A stretch of DNA of 64,000 bases from Elsinoe ampelina (taxonomy: Eukaryota), in the NCBI GenBank assembly GCA_010093995.1, contig ML992504.1:1392885-1456884 (forward strand), given 5' to 3'. How positions within the stretch are numbered: the stretch's first letter is position 1; each line of letters begins with the position of its first letter. Position numbers and translations under genes: made by a program. Positions 48,835 to 60,114 of the stretch are shown here, piece by piece. The notes below the pieces were generated by a model. The model was not told where the DNA came from. It saw only the letters and a list, made by a program, of their open reading frames with translations, and did not search any database.

Positions 48835-50282
48835 TTAGCCAATCGTGCTGTGCCTACCACTCGCCCGCCCTCGTCTCCCTTCGATCGTTCCTGCACCGCT
48901 CCTCTCCCTCTTCATGAGCCCTTTCGTCCCCTTCTCCTCGAAGACTTCCCTACACTCTGCACAGATCCTGATCGCGCAGAAATCGCAGATCCACATCACC
49001 TTGGTGTCCGACATGCAGTCGCCTGCGCAGAGGCAGACCGCGCATTCGATAGCATGCCAGAGGTTACTTGCTTCGTGCCAGCTCGCATGGTGCAGGTGAC
49101 ATGTCCGCTGAGAAGCCAGAATAGGAGGAGCGAGGGCGTAGCGGATATTGGCTACCGCTGGGTGAGTGGAGGTGGGAGAGGGTTCGTCGCGGAGGAGGTT
49201 CAGAGGGTAGGATCGACGAGACAGTCGGACGAGTCGTGGAGAAGGGTCCTTACCACGAGGAGGTGGGAGAGGGTGCTGCTTCGCGAGAGTGCGGCGGAAC
49301 AAGTCTGATGGATGATACTTGCTGCGAGGTCGGTAGATGCGAAGTGAATGATTTGGGTGTTCTGGCGTCGCGTGGATACGGGCTCTTGGTCTCGGCTGAG
49401 GTGGATTGTTCGTGAAGTTGGTCGACACTTGCAATTGGAGCGCTTGCTGGTCGTTGTCAGCTTTCATTTTCCAACATCACGAATGCTAGATTCATCACTC
49501 ACTCTGAATAGCTCTGGTCCAGTAGTTGCGCGTTTCTTCTGGATTTCGCGAGTTACGGTCACTCTGGCGATCTCCATGGCCTCCTCAAGACCATACCTGG
49601 TTGGGCTGTCCTGAGTCAGGGGTGTCGGTGCACGCAAAAGGGGCGTCACGGCCGACTGTGGTGGTATCAATGGGGTCGCAGGTCCCACGTGACTTCCTGA
49701 CTCGGTGGTGAGCGCTGAAGCTTGGAGACTGTGATCATCGCTGCTGAGTTGCGGTGTGGACGCAGGCACGCTATCAAACTCACTGCTTCCTGCTACAGAG
49801 AAAGGGATAGGCTCTTCGGGATCCTCTCCAGAGCTGTCCGAGGATACATCATGACTCGGATCGGCTACAGGGATGACCGTTATATTTTCCTTCTCTGGCA
49901 CAGGTGGAGGTGCGCTCGGCGTTTCTGTCCTGGTACTGGAGCCAGAGCTAGTGGATTGCTCGCTGTCGGACTCATCCTCGGAGGAGATTGGATCTTGGAA
50001 CGCTGTGAATGTACGTGTCACTGGAGGTGGACGTATAGTGGTGGAATAGCTTGGCGATAATGGCGGTGGGTGACTCGAAAGAGGTTGTGGTAGAGGGAAG
50101 CTGAGCCTCTGTGGCAGACTAGTGATCTTGGTTGGAGACGAGGACGTGGGTCTGTGTGTGTATACCGGCCGATTGTCGAGTCGTTGCAAGAAGTTGATGG
50201 AGGAGCGCTTCCCAATCTGCCGACGAAATGACTTTGTATGGTCGTCCTGCTCTGATTGTGCCTTTGAGCTTCCCGAACCCAT
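48835..50282 (-). CDS. Hypothetical protein with MGSGSS N-terminus and C-terminal Cys/His-rich putative zinc finger
   Basis: Two ORFs joined in frame by intron 49502-49447 (GTGAGT/GCTGAC/CAG). C-terminus CHLHH...CAVC...CDFCAIRICAEC. Confidence 0.72.
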
Positions 50283-50517
50283 TTTAGAAACTGCCTAGTC
50301 AAAGATGCTAAGCATAGAATGCTGATCACATGTATTCGTTTAACGTGGAGGATAATGTTGACAGGCCACGTGCCGTGACTGCCAAACCTCTCCAGCGAGC
50401 TTTCCTCGTGATCGCGCATGTACTCCAACTGGCGGGAAGGAGCTCTCTCACAGCATAAATCCGTCAGAGTCTCGCAAGTGTGGTGTCAATGTCGGTCCTT
50501 GTCACAAATCTTTGCGA

Positions 50518-51132
50518 TCAATAAAATCCAGGTTTCCGGTCCTTTGTCTTAGGAGTGATTCCGTTGGAAGTAGTATCTGGCGCATCTGACCCCCTCAGAC
50601 TGCTTATCAAGGAAGTCGTCTCAGTAGCTGTCTTCTGGGTATCTTTCTTCACCTGATTCTTTGCCCACACATCTTCCTCCTTTTCCAAATCTCTCATGAC
50701 CTCTTCCCATTCCTTCTCACGTTCTGGATCCCCTTTGCCCAACATAGCTTCCACATTCACATCTTCCCCTTTCTTAACACGGCCAATGACTTCGCGCAAC
50801 AAGCTCAGCTTTGCATCTGTGCTTTGATTATAATTCAGCCGATGTGTCTTGAGTGATACCAGTTGAATTGCATTGGAGCCTATGAGCAGCGATATGACGA
50901 TGAAGAAAGTCGCCGGATTCCAATCTCGAGACTTTGTAACCTTTCCCGGTCTGAAGTCATCCTTTGGCGTCCTGCGGAAAGGTTTCGGGATGATTGAGGA
51001 CCAGAGGGATGCAGATGCAATGCGCGGTATGGACGAATCGGAGCTGTACGATCGCCTCGTCTCTGTTCCCGCTTGCTTCCAGACATGACCAAGTCTTCGG
51101 TAGATACGATTCACCCCTGTTCGATATAGCAT
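50518..51132 (-). CDS. Conserved fungal, probably mitochondrial, single-TM protein (DUF5321-like)
   Basis: Arg-rich presequence-like N-terminus. WNPATFFIVISLLIGSNAIQL...KLSLLREVIGRV...GDPEREKEWEEV. Confidence 0.75.
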   Translation of the reverse strand: MLYRTGVNRIYRRLGHVWKQAGTETRRSYSSDSSIPRIASASLWSSIIPKPFRRTPKDDFRPGKVTKSRDWNPATFFIVISLLIGSNAIQLVSLKTHRLNYNQSTDAKLSLLREVIGRVKKGEDVNVEAMLGKGDPEREKEWEEVMRDLEKEEDVWAKNQVKKDTQKTATETTSLISSLRGSDAPDTTSNGITPKTKDRKPGFY

Positions 51133-51451
51133 GTTGACGCGGATATCCTGCCCTGCTGGAGTGGTGGTGCTTGCGACAACTTTTGTTGCCGGCCTCGAAG
51201 TCGATTTTTGGACGCCAAGATCTTCAATTGCTCAGGAGCTAGTCCCAAACAGGAAAGATATCAACTTCGCCGACCATACGCGTTTCTTCGCAACATAATC
51301 TTGGAGCATACATTACACGCGTCCACACGCGATATTTCCAGAGAGAAGGCGAGTCGGAGCTTAAATATGCGCCCATGATGTTGCGCAGCGCACCACACGT
51401 ATCACGGTCTGGTTACTCTTCGCGGTCGAGTCAGACACTCCGGCCAAAGAC

Positions 51452-54400
51452 ATGTCGAAGGCGGTAATTGAGCAATTGCGATCAAGCCTGGCCAGAGCCC
51501 AGAACTTTACTGCAGATACGGTGACAGCGCTGGATAGGATCCTGAAGCTGCCACTGAGTGAGAGGAGCAATATCTCCCCCAAGACAGATTCCACGAAGAA
51601 GGTGACTCGGCCGAACACGAAATTAACGAGGCCACCACTAGAGAAACCGCCACCCAAGTCGATCTCTCGACCATCGCCTACCGCCGCATCCCTCTTGAAG
51701 CAACAACAAGCTCTCGCTACGGATGTGGTGAACAGGACTCTGAAGACCTTAAACGAGGCAGCGAAAGTCGTGGCAAGTGCTCGGAAAGATGCAACACAGA
51801 CTACGCTTTCCAACCATCCCATTGCTCAGCACGACAAATATCTCCTCTACGCGGCAAGATGCGCACGCATTGCAACTGCATTTCTGTCTCAGACACGGCA
51901 GCCGTCGGAAAGCCAAGAGGCCGAGCAGCAACTCGGACAGGGCATGATCATTCTGGTTGGAAGACTGCTCGCTCTAGACTTGCATGATGAAGCTGTCAAA
52001 CAGTTACGTTGTCTACGGTCTCACATTGGGGTGGCGCAGAACTCTGGAGATCGCAAGCCAAGCACGGAAACGGCATCACTGGAGACCATGGTTGCGATCA
52101 AGCCCAAAGTACCCACACTTGGTTTGGTCAAGTTATGCGTCACATATCAAGGTTTGGTCGTACAACTGATCGACAAAATTGGATCCTCAGTAGCAGTGGC
52201 AGCTGCATGCCTCTCCCTGGACCCACTGTCCGACAGCAGTCCATACGCTACAATTGTTCTCTACAATAGCCTCTCCTCTTCATTGGAAGACACGGAGAAG
52301 ATGCTCGAGGCTCACGTCAAGCTTCTCGAGATACTCGCTCGTCCTGTCAAATCACGTTCAAAGCTCTCGCCAGCTTCGATTCTACAGCTTGAGCTCTACG
52401 CAATGTGGATACGAGGTCAGAATGGCGCGCCATTCTCCCCTACAAGCCTGTGTTCGCCAATAAAGACCTTTCTCAAAACGTCTAGTCATTCCAACAGCAA
52501 GAAGCTCGAGCTGGTAACAGATCTTGTGGAACGTCTGTATCCCGGAGCTATTGGTCAAGATCCGGAGTTGGACAGATTGCTCGGAGCATTGGCGAATTCC
52601 GTCAGTAATCACTCGTGTACTGGCAGTACCCTTGGTATTCAAGACATGGTCGAAGATACACAAATACTCACCGTCGATCTCGATCGGAACCTTCAAGCCT
52701 TGAAAGAGAGCAAGATAGTGACGGCGACACTTTTGGAGACACTTCACCAAGGACTTGCTGATGCTGTCCGGTCACTGGAAGTTTCCACCTCCTCAATCGA
52801 CCAAATCATCGCAATCCAGACCGTCATAACGAAGCGGACACTCTTGACTCAGCAATCCTCCAATGCCGGAATGAAAAAGCCCCTTTGCGAGTGCTTTCTG
52901 CAGTGTCTAGAGTACTGGAAGTTGTGTCTCAGTTGCGATTGCACCGACGACGCTCAGTCTTCCACACTGAGTCTCCAGTTGCCCAGGATCGTGGACTCGA
53001 GCATCTTGGCAATCAACGGCTTACTTACAGTAGATCAAGGGATTAGATCGACCCTAGTCCTGAGGTCGGCTCACGAGATTCAGCAAGTAATCTTTCAGGC
53101 TATACAACGGATACGTGAGGACATCAAAGCCACAGCCCTTATTGCGCTATCAAACATGCAGTGGAAGACCTACCAGAAAATACGCAAATTACTCAGCGTT
53201 GATGACAAATTTGTACGCGAGGCCGTTGTTGCGTCTATTAATACGCTTCGCATCCCTTACCTGAGCGTAGAGGATAGAGACACGGGTCACTACGTCGACA
53301 AGCTGAGCGCCCTGATCGGCCTTGACCTTGACACGGCTTCATCCACATCGTCTGCAGATTGTACAGGCCTGGTTGCAGAGGCTCGGACGTCGATCTTACG
53401 TCTGCTCAGGCACCTCTCACGGAATGGGTTCTTCGATTGTTGGAAGCACACGTCAGCCAAATCGTCGAATTTGAAGGGTAACGAAACACGTTTGCAAGCA
53501 ATTGTCTCCGCAATGATCCAATTCACGTTAGTCTCGAAAGAGTCATTACTTGGACCTCTTGCAAACATACTCCCTCAAGAACAGGCTGCGATTGTACTTC
53601 ACGCCTGGCTGGACGCTTCGAAGGACAATGGACGGCGGGTCATTCGAGACGAAGTCCAACTCTGCTTCACAACACTGCTCCAGTACAGTGAAGAGTATAC
53701 GGCGCCAGAGCGCCTCAATCTTTGTTCTCGGATCCTGGTTCACGGCTTGTGTTATCCCGACTCCTTATCTGCGACTCTTGTTGACTCGACAATCACGCAA
53801 GCACAGCAGGCAGAGAACGATCTACCTGCTGGGAACAGCAGCTACGTGCAGATGCTGCGAATCTCATGGTCTCTAGCGAAATCTATGCTGCGAATGACAG
53901 CTGGGCAAGAATGCTTTCGTCACTGTCTATCCTCAATATCAGTAGCCATGGAGCTCTCCAAGAGGACCGATATCCGTCTCGGAGCACAGCCGCTTGTCAT
54001 GCTGTTACTGCTGGCCTACGACTATTTCCACCTTAGGGGCTGGCAAGATCTGCAAGAGAAAGCACTCCAAATCTCAGACGTTCTCATTAAATCGAGCACG
54101 ATCTTGAGCCCGTCACAAGTACAGCATATCCAGCTTCTCAGGGTCCGCCACTCTATCGCTTGCAACAAGCTTGACTTTGCTCTGAGTCTGTTAGATGAGA
54201 TAAAATTTGAAGCGCCAAAGCTCGATCTCCCTACGCAAGTCCGGGCCTTGAATGTTCTTGTCGAGCTTGAGGTCGCCTGCTCCGCCTCCGACGAAGCGAA
54301 GATTCACAAAAGTATCGCAGCGTGCGTCACTCTGATGACCAGCAAGGATTGCTCGAAGCAGGACAAGCTTCTTCTTTACCAAATGGAGGCAGACGTCGGT

Positions 54401-57400
54401 CTCGTGCTCTCCGAATACCTTCTTACTCACGGAAAAGCCATTCAGACTGTGCAGCTTCTTCGGGCGACGAGTCGATTGATCAAATCCTTTTCAAATATTG
54501 GTCGTCGAGGAAGGCGTGGCGACTATCATGCTTTAGAAGATGCCACTCGAGCTTTACAGGACCTGACTCTGACGAGTCGCAGCTCGGATGATGACTGTAA
54601 CGGGTATTCTGCACCGGCATCGTACGATTTACACACTAGTGTGGCCGTCATACGGTGTACCCTACTTCAAGCTCAGGCATCGATCCAATTAGGTCTACGC
54701 AAAGAAGTCTCCAATCACCTTCGGAATGTCAAGCGGCTCATGAGCGATGTCGATTTGCAGGGTCTCCATCACTTGGCGCAAACAGATATTCTTCGATTTG
54801 AGACTCTCAGTCAAGACAGAGCAGATGATCCGATCCGATCCGAACTACTAAGTGACCAGACCAGTCCGGAAATGCCGACCACACCTTTAATGATGTTACT
54901 TGTTGCCCTTGGAGACTGGCACCTCCAATTCGACAGTGTTGCATCGGCACTTGCGAAGTATCAAAGCGCAGAAGCTATGGTACAGTCTAGGGCGATGCTT
55001 TCTAGTCCAGCAATGGCCGGCACCAATTCGAATGAAGATGGGAAAGCTCAACGAGCCACGAAGTCAGGTGCTGGTCCAAAGAAGAAGACGAGGACAGTCC
55101 AGACTCCCAAGCCCAAGACATCTGCATCCGGTCGACAGAAGCAGCCGGCAGTTTCAAGAGGACGAGAAAGGGTCGCAGAAACCGGAGAAGACTTGCTAAA
55201 GCGACCTCACCAGCTTCTAACTCTCATTCATCGACAGATTTCAATGGCCTACCTCAAGGGCAATGATTTGCAGCAGGCAAGATTGACCTTGGATCCGATC
55301 GATACCGCCGGGGGTGCTGAAATAGATACACCACAATCTCTGGCACGAGCGCGATTGGAGATGACGCTAGCTGAACAGACAATTGAGCGGGACGTGACGT
55401 TCGCCACCCTTCCAGAATCGACGTTATCAGTACCTGCCTGTGGCTACACTTCGCTTGATCCAGAAATGGACGAGACATCATTGACATCAAGCTCAGACCC
55501 ATCGGACGACAGCCATGAAGTGCCAGGCGGCTCAGAGCAGCTTAAGAAGAGCTTGAAATTAGTCAGAAGTCTTTTGGCCCGTGGGACGGGCGTATCATTA
55601 GCGTCGGGACCCGTAAACATGGCCTATCAAATGATGCACCTCGCAGCACGATCGACAATCACATTGTCTGCCGTCAACGGTAGCAGTGCTGGTCAACTTC
55701 ACCCCTGCACACTAGCATGGACCTTGGAAGCCGCAGCGAATGAAGCTACCAGAAGACATAAGGCCTACGCTGCTCAAGATAGATGCGCCATCAAGCAAGG
55801 CAGTGCTCTACAGTCATTTCCCATGAAAGGACAAAGTACAGCCCTGGACACAGTCGGAACATTCCAGCACGAATACATCGACATCTTGCCGTCGAATTGG
55901 ACAACGGTTTCTGTCTTGATGAACGAGGATGCTACTGAATTGTGGTTGTGCAGATATCACTCTGGCGAGCTTCCCTTCATTCTGCGGCTGCCCATGTCTC
56001 GCAAGAGCGAAGAGCAATTCGATGATTCGGAACCCTTCACTTATAGAGCTGCACATGAGGAGCTGATGAACATCATCCGACTATCTGACTTGTCTTGCCA
56101 CAATCCTCCCGACCCAGCTGCTAAGGGTGGCAAGTCGGGATGGTGGAAGGAGCGAGAAGAACTGGACAGGCGACTCGAAGGATTGCTGAAATCCGTAGAG
56201 GATATGTGGCTGGGAGGCTTCAAAAGCGTGTTCTCGCTGCACGATCGACGATCGGATCTCCTGGCTCGCTTCCGGAAGTCCTTTGACTCCATCCTGGATC
56301 GGCATCTTCCATCACGGCAGGGCAAGCAGACCAAGAAGAATCAACCGATCCTCCATTCCCACATTCTCGATCTCTTGGTTGGATTAGACGCTGGCCCGGA
56401 AGTAGAGGAGAATCTGGATGATGATGTAATGGACATTCTTTTCTTCGTGGTCGATACTGTACGGTGGAATGGTGAGGCAAACGCTCATGATGAGGTCGAC
56501 TTTGATGCAATGACAGTCGAAACAATCGATGCTCTGCAATCGTACCACGAAGCCGCTGGTACAACAGACGCTCAAGATGCATTTGATAAGCACTTGATCC
56601 TTCGGCTGGACAAACGCCTACATTTATTCCCATGGGAGTCTCTACCTTGTCTCCAGAACAAGAGCATCACGCGGGTTACCAGTCTCGTACAGCTCAGAGA
56701 CCGCATACTTAACATGCGGCAGGTCTCGTCTCTGGACTTGGATCGCTACCATGTCGCCCGCAAGAACGGCACAACTCTCCTTAATCCTTCAAGCGATCTC
56801 GTCCGGACGGAAGCTACATTATCGCCACAACTTGCCTTGCTCAAAGAGCAGCATGACTGGTCAGTGTATGCTCAACACAAGCCTTCGCAACCAGAATTTG
56901 TATCTTTTCTGGAGCAGTCGAATGCCCTGCTCTACTTCGGGCATGGCAGCGGCACTCAGTACATTGGCGAACGCAGTATTCAAAGGCTCAAGAAATGTGC
57001 GGATGTAGTGTGGCTAATGGGATGCTCGAGCGGTAAAGTGCAGACTTGGGGTGAGCTTGAGAGTGAGAGCGTTCCTCTTTCGTATTTGCTTGCTGGCGAA
57101 GATGTAGACTGCGATACTCAGGAGAGTCAAGGGAGTGCTGCGAAGATGAGACAAGGCATGTGCATGTCCGTCGTCGCTACGTTGTGGGACGTCACAGACA
57201 GAGATATTGACAACTTCTCGATGAGTGTGGCCAAGAAATGGGGACTGTTTGGCGAACGTAAGATGCCCACTGCAGGGACTAAGAGAGGGGAAGGCACCGT
57301 GGAGGAGCCAGCGGTGCCTAAGACACCAGCACGGAAGGGCAGAGCGCCGAAGACGCCCGCGAAGACACCGAGGACGCCCGCGAAGATGGCAACAAAGGTG

Positions 57401-57574
57401 CCGAAGCGTAATACCAAGAAGAAGACGGTAGAAATCCCTGACGACGATGAGGAGCAGGGTGAGAAAATGAGTCTCGCGACCGCAGTGGCGAGGAGCAGAG
57501 ACGTTTGTTACTTGCGATACCTGAACGGCGCGGCGTCAGTGGTGTACGGCATCCCTACATATCTTGGAGACTGA
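51452..57574 (+). CDS. ESP1: Separase (peptidase C50; Esp1/Cut1/BimB)
   Basis: 2040-aa ORF. C-terminal FPWESLP, LLNPSSDL, catalytic His LYFGHGSG and Cys LMGCSS, LWDVTDRDID, VVYGIP. Confidence 0.96.
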   Translation: MSKAVIEQLRSSLARAQNFTADTVTALDRILKLPLSERSNISPKTDSTKKVTRPNTKLTRPPLEKPPPKSISRPSPTAASLLKQQQALATDVVNRTLKTLNEAAKVVASARKDATQTTLSNHPIAQHDKYLLYAARCARIATAFLSQTRQPSESQEAEQQLGQGMIILVGRLLALDLHDEAVKQLRCLRSHIGVAQNSGDRKPSTETASLETMVAIKPKVPTLGLVKLCVTYQGLVVQLIDKIGSSVAVAAACLSLDPLSDSSPYATIVLYNSLSSSLEDTEKMLEAHVKLLEILARPVKSRSKLSPASILQLELYAMWIRGQNGAPFSPTSLCSPIKTFLKTSSHSNSKKLELVTDLVERLYPGAIGQDPELDRLLGALANSVSNHSCTGSTLGIQDMVEDTQILTVDLDRNLQALKESKIVTATLLETLHQGLADAVRSLEVSTSSIDQIIAIQTVITKRTLLTQQSSNAGMKKPLCECFLQCLEYWKLCLSCDCTDDAQSSTLSLQLPRIVDSSILAINGLLTVDQGIRSTLVLRSAHEIQQVIFQAIQRIREDIKATALIALSNMQWKTYQKIRKLLSVDDKFVREAVVASINTLRIPYLSVEDRDTGHYVDKLSALIGLDLDTASSTSSADCTGLVAEARTSILRLLRHLSRNGFFDCWKHTSAKSSNLKGNETRLQAIVSAMIQFTLVSKESLLGPLANILPQEQAAIVLHAWLDASKDNGRRVIRDEVQLCFTTLLQYSEEYTAPERLNLCSRILVHGLCYPDSLSATLVDSTITQAQQAENDLPAGNSSYVQMLRISWSLAKSMLRMTAGQECFRHCLSSISVAMELSKRTDIRLGAQPLVMLLLLAYDYFHLRGWQDLQEKALQISDVLIKSSTILSPSQVQHIQLLRVRHSIACNKLDFALSLLDEIKFEAPKLDLPTQVRALNVLVELEVACSASDEAKIHKSIAACVTLMTSKDCSKQDKLLLYQMEADVGLVLSEYLLTHGKAIQTVQLLRATSRLIKSFSNIGRRGRRGDYHALEDATRALQDLTLTSRSSDDDCNGYSAPASYDLHTSVAVIRCTLLQAQASIQLGLRKEVSNHLRNVKRLMSDVDLQGLHHLAQTDILRFETLSQDRADDPIRSELLSDQTSPEMPTTPLMMLLVALGDWHLQFDSVASALAKYQSAEAMVQSRAMLSSPAMAGTNSNEDGKAQRATKSGAGPKKKTRTVQTPKPKTSASGRQKQPAVSRGRERVAETGEDLLKRPHQLLTLIHRQISMAYLKGNDLQQARLTLDPIDTAGGAEIDTPQSLARARLEMTLAEQTIERDVTFATLPESTLSVPACGYTSLDPEMDETSLTSSSDPSDDSHEVPGGSEQLKKSLKLVRSLLARGTGVSLASGPVNMAYQMMHLAARSTITLSAVNGSSAGQLHPCTLAWTLEAAANEATRRHKAYAAQDRCAIKQGSALQSFPMKGQSTALDTVGTFQHEYIDILPSNWTTVSVLMNEDATELWLCRYHSGELPFILRLPMSRKSEEQFDDSEPFTYRAAHEELMNIIRLSDLSCHNPPDPAAKGGKSGWWKEREELDRRLEGLLKSVEDMWLGGFKSVFSLHDRRSDLLARFRKSFDSILDRHLPSRQGKQTKKNQPILHSHILDLLVGLDAGPEVEENLDDDVMDILFFVVDTVRWNGEANAHDEVDFDAMTVETIDALQSYHEAAGTTDAQDAFDKHLILRLDKRLHLFPWESLPCLQNKSITRVTSLVQLRDRILNMRQVSSLDLDRYHVARKNGTTLLNPSSDLVRTEATLSPQLALLKEQHDWSVYAQHKPSQPEFVSFLEQSNALLYFGHGSGTQYIGERSIQRLKKCADVVWLMGCSSGKVQTWGELESESVPLSYLLAGEDVDCDTQESQGSAAKMRQGMCMSVVATLWDVTDRDIDNFSMSVAKKWGLFGERKMPTAGTKRGEGTVEEPAVPKTPARKGRAPKTPAKTPRTPAKMATKVPKRNTKKKTVEIPDDDEEQGEKMSLATAVARSRDVCYLRYLNGAASVVYGIPTYLGD

Positions 57575-57693
57575 GGGAGACACCATGATAGAAGTACAGC
57601 ATCACTGTCCCACCACCTGTAATGGAATCTTGTCATACACCTTCCACGCTCCCCTCCCCTCCCATCCCCACCTTCATCCTCATCACCTCCCCC

Positions 57694-59389
57694 CTACCCA
57701 ACAACCCCCACCCTATCCAAATCCGGCGCCCAAGCTGTCACCCCCGTCGCCGCCCCCACGGTAACCGTATTCTCCCCCCCAACATTAAACCCACTCAGCC
57801 TCACCTTATACCCCTTGACCAAATCCTTCTCCCAATTATACCCCGTCAGCGGAAACGTGACCGTCACCGCCTGGCCCCCATTCACACTCACGCTCGCGCC
57901 CCTCAAATTCGGCCCCTGATCCCCGAGGTACCCGATCTCGCAATTGACGTAGTCGAACAACACATCCATAGTCCCCGCCGTGGCGCGGATGCCGCCGAGA
58001 GTGACGGTCGCGCCGGAGCCGATGTTGCCCACCTTCTGGCCGGAAGAGCAGCCCGCGCAGGTTTGGATGTTGGCGCCGCCCGCGAGACGGCCGGCGGGGA
58101 AGGGGTAGTAGGTTGTTTTGGTAGTGGTGGGGGCGGGGGCGTCGCGGATGGAGGAGAGGCGGAGGACGATGGAGCCGTGGGCGGGGAGGGATTTGGAGAA
58201 GGAGCTGGCGCCGGTGGTGGTGGTGCCGGTGTAGATGTCTTTTGCGGTTGCGGATTGGATGTTGAGGAGGGAGAAGGGGAGGGACAGGGTCCGGGCGCGG
58301 TTGGATTGGTCGACGATGAGGACGGCGCGGTCGTTGTTTTGGAGGGGCCCGAGGAAGACGTCGTAGTCGTTTGTGAAGCGTTGGATGAGCTTGACGGGGA
58401 GGCCGAGGGGGTCTTGGTTGATGGCGAGGAGGTCGCGGTTGGTGATGATGGAGAGGGTGGTCGGGGAGATGTTGACGATGCTGGTGCCGAGGATCAGGTG
58501 GGATTTGAAGAGGGCCCAGATGGCGAAGTGTGTGGTTTGTTCGTCTACGGTCATGCCTGGGTTGCCGACTTCGAGCATGTCCATGTCGGCGAAGCGGCCG
58601 GGGGCGCTGAGGCCGAGGAGGCCGGAGTGGATTGCTTGGTTATAGATGCGGGCGACATTAGCCCAGCCGCGGGCGATGTCGTCGGAGATGCGGTAGGAGG
58701 TGGAAATTGGTGGGGCCCAGGTGGAGGGGCCGATGAGACCGGAGGAGTCGATTTGGGGGACGCCCCATTGGCAGATGTTGATACCTTTGATTCCAGCGTT
58801 CTGGAGAGCAGTGGAGATGGCGCCGTATCTGGATGGGAAGTCTGAGCGAGGATCTTTTGGCGCGTTGTTAGGAGGGTCGACGAAGCAGTTGTCAACCTGT
58901 AATGGTATGAGTTTTTGTGCATCAAATTGGTGCTTGCATACGCACCTTGATGTAGTCTACGTTCCAGCCAGCGAATTGGAGAGCATCCTGTCGCTCAAAG
59001 CCAAGCGACCCTGGACGCGGTCTGTCGAACTTGGTATCACAGGAGTATACACCTTGATCGGTGTACATGCTCCATTTCAGCCCCAAGCTGATGGCGATAT
59101 CTGCCAGAGGTCTGATCCCGTTCGGGAAGACGCTAGCATCGTACGTGATGGAGCCATTTGCTTGACGATCGTAGCCTTGCCACCCGCAGTCGACCTGGAA
59201 GAACTTGTAGCCCAAGTCTGCAAGGCCTTTGTCCTTGATGGCACGCATAGTCCGCTCCATGTATGTGCTATTTGGAGAGCATCCGATGTCGTTGTAACTG
59301 TTGTATCCCATGATGGGTGTTCGGCCAAAGCCATTGTCCAGAGCATGGACGGCTAGTGGCAAGAGAGTGGCTGCAGTGAGCAGAGACAT
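57694..59389 (-). CDS. Secreted GH27 alpha-galactosidase-family enzyme with C-terminal CBM35-like module
   Basis: Signal peptide, LDNGFGRTPIMGYNSYN, VDCGW, DYIK, intron 58945-58897, VDNC, YRISDDI, DMDMLEVGN, AINQDPLG; tail CAGCSSGQKVGNIG...APDLDRV. Confidence 0.92.
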
Positions 59390-60114
59390 TGTGAGGGACG
59401 AGAAGTATGGCCGATGACTGGGGGACACTTACATCTGGATGGACCTACCTGGCATACTTATACTTCCAGCCTTCGATCAGATTCATCTGTGACATCCCCA
59501 GGTTCTCCGCAGGTTGTTGATCAAAAGTTTGTCATGGTTGTGCGGGGATATTGCCCCCACCGGACAAAGTGCCGAACGGGAAGGTTCTGTGCAGCTCACG
59601 GGCGAAGAGGTTACGAAATGCAAAAGGTACACGTTTAGCTCGGTTCGAGAGCGAACCTACGGAGCGGATCGACTCCTTGCCTTGTAAAACATTTGTGCAT
59701 CCAAGCTCCAGCTGCATGCTTGTGAATGCACTTTGAACGGCGCTCCAGTGGGGTTATACTCGTATTCAATGTCTGCCAGTCCTCGCACAAGGTGACGTCC
59801 ACCAAGGATGTCGATCGGTAACGCGGCGTGAGAGGAACTCGGACCTCGAGAAGCATCGTATTGTGGGATGTTGACTTGGGTGGTCAGGGAATGGAGCCCA
59901 GGCGGAGGTCGTCGTCGCCGCGTCAGGTGATGTGCTCACCGCCTTAAGCTCGGAGCGGCAGTACAGAATCCTCCGCATCTGTCAATGCATCATTCGTGAA
60001 TCAAGTCGCAGCTGTTGGTAGAATTACAATCCCTTCCGATCTCCTCATTACATCTTTGTTATGGCTGCTTGCTAGCATCATCTCACCTCAGTTGGCCATC
60101 CTCCTTTCGCAAAA

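Noticed and set aside
59641..59660. GGTTCGAG B-box-like motif (similar at ~18208 and ~26610)
   Set aside because: No paired T stem, acceptor strand or oligo-dT terminator nearby.
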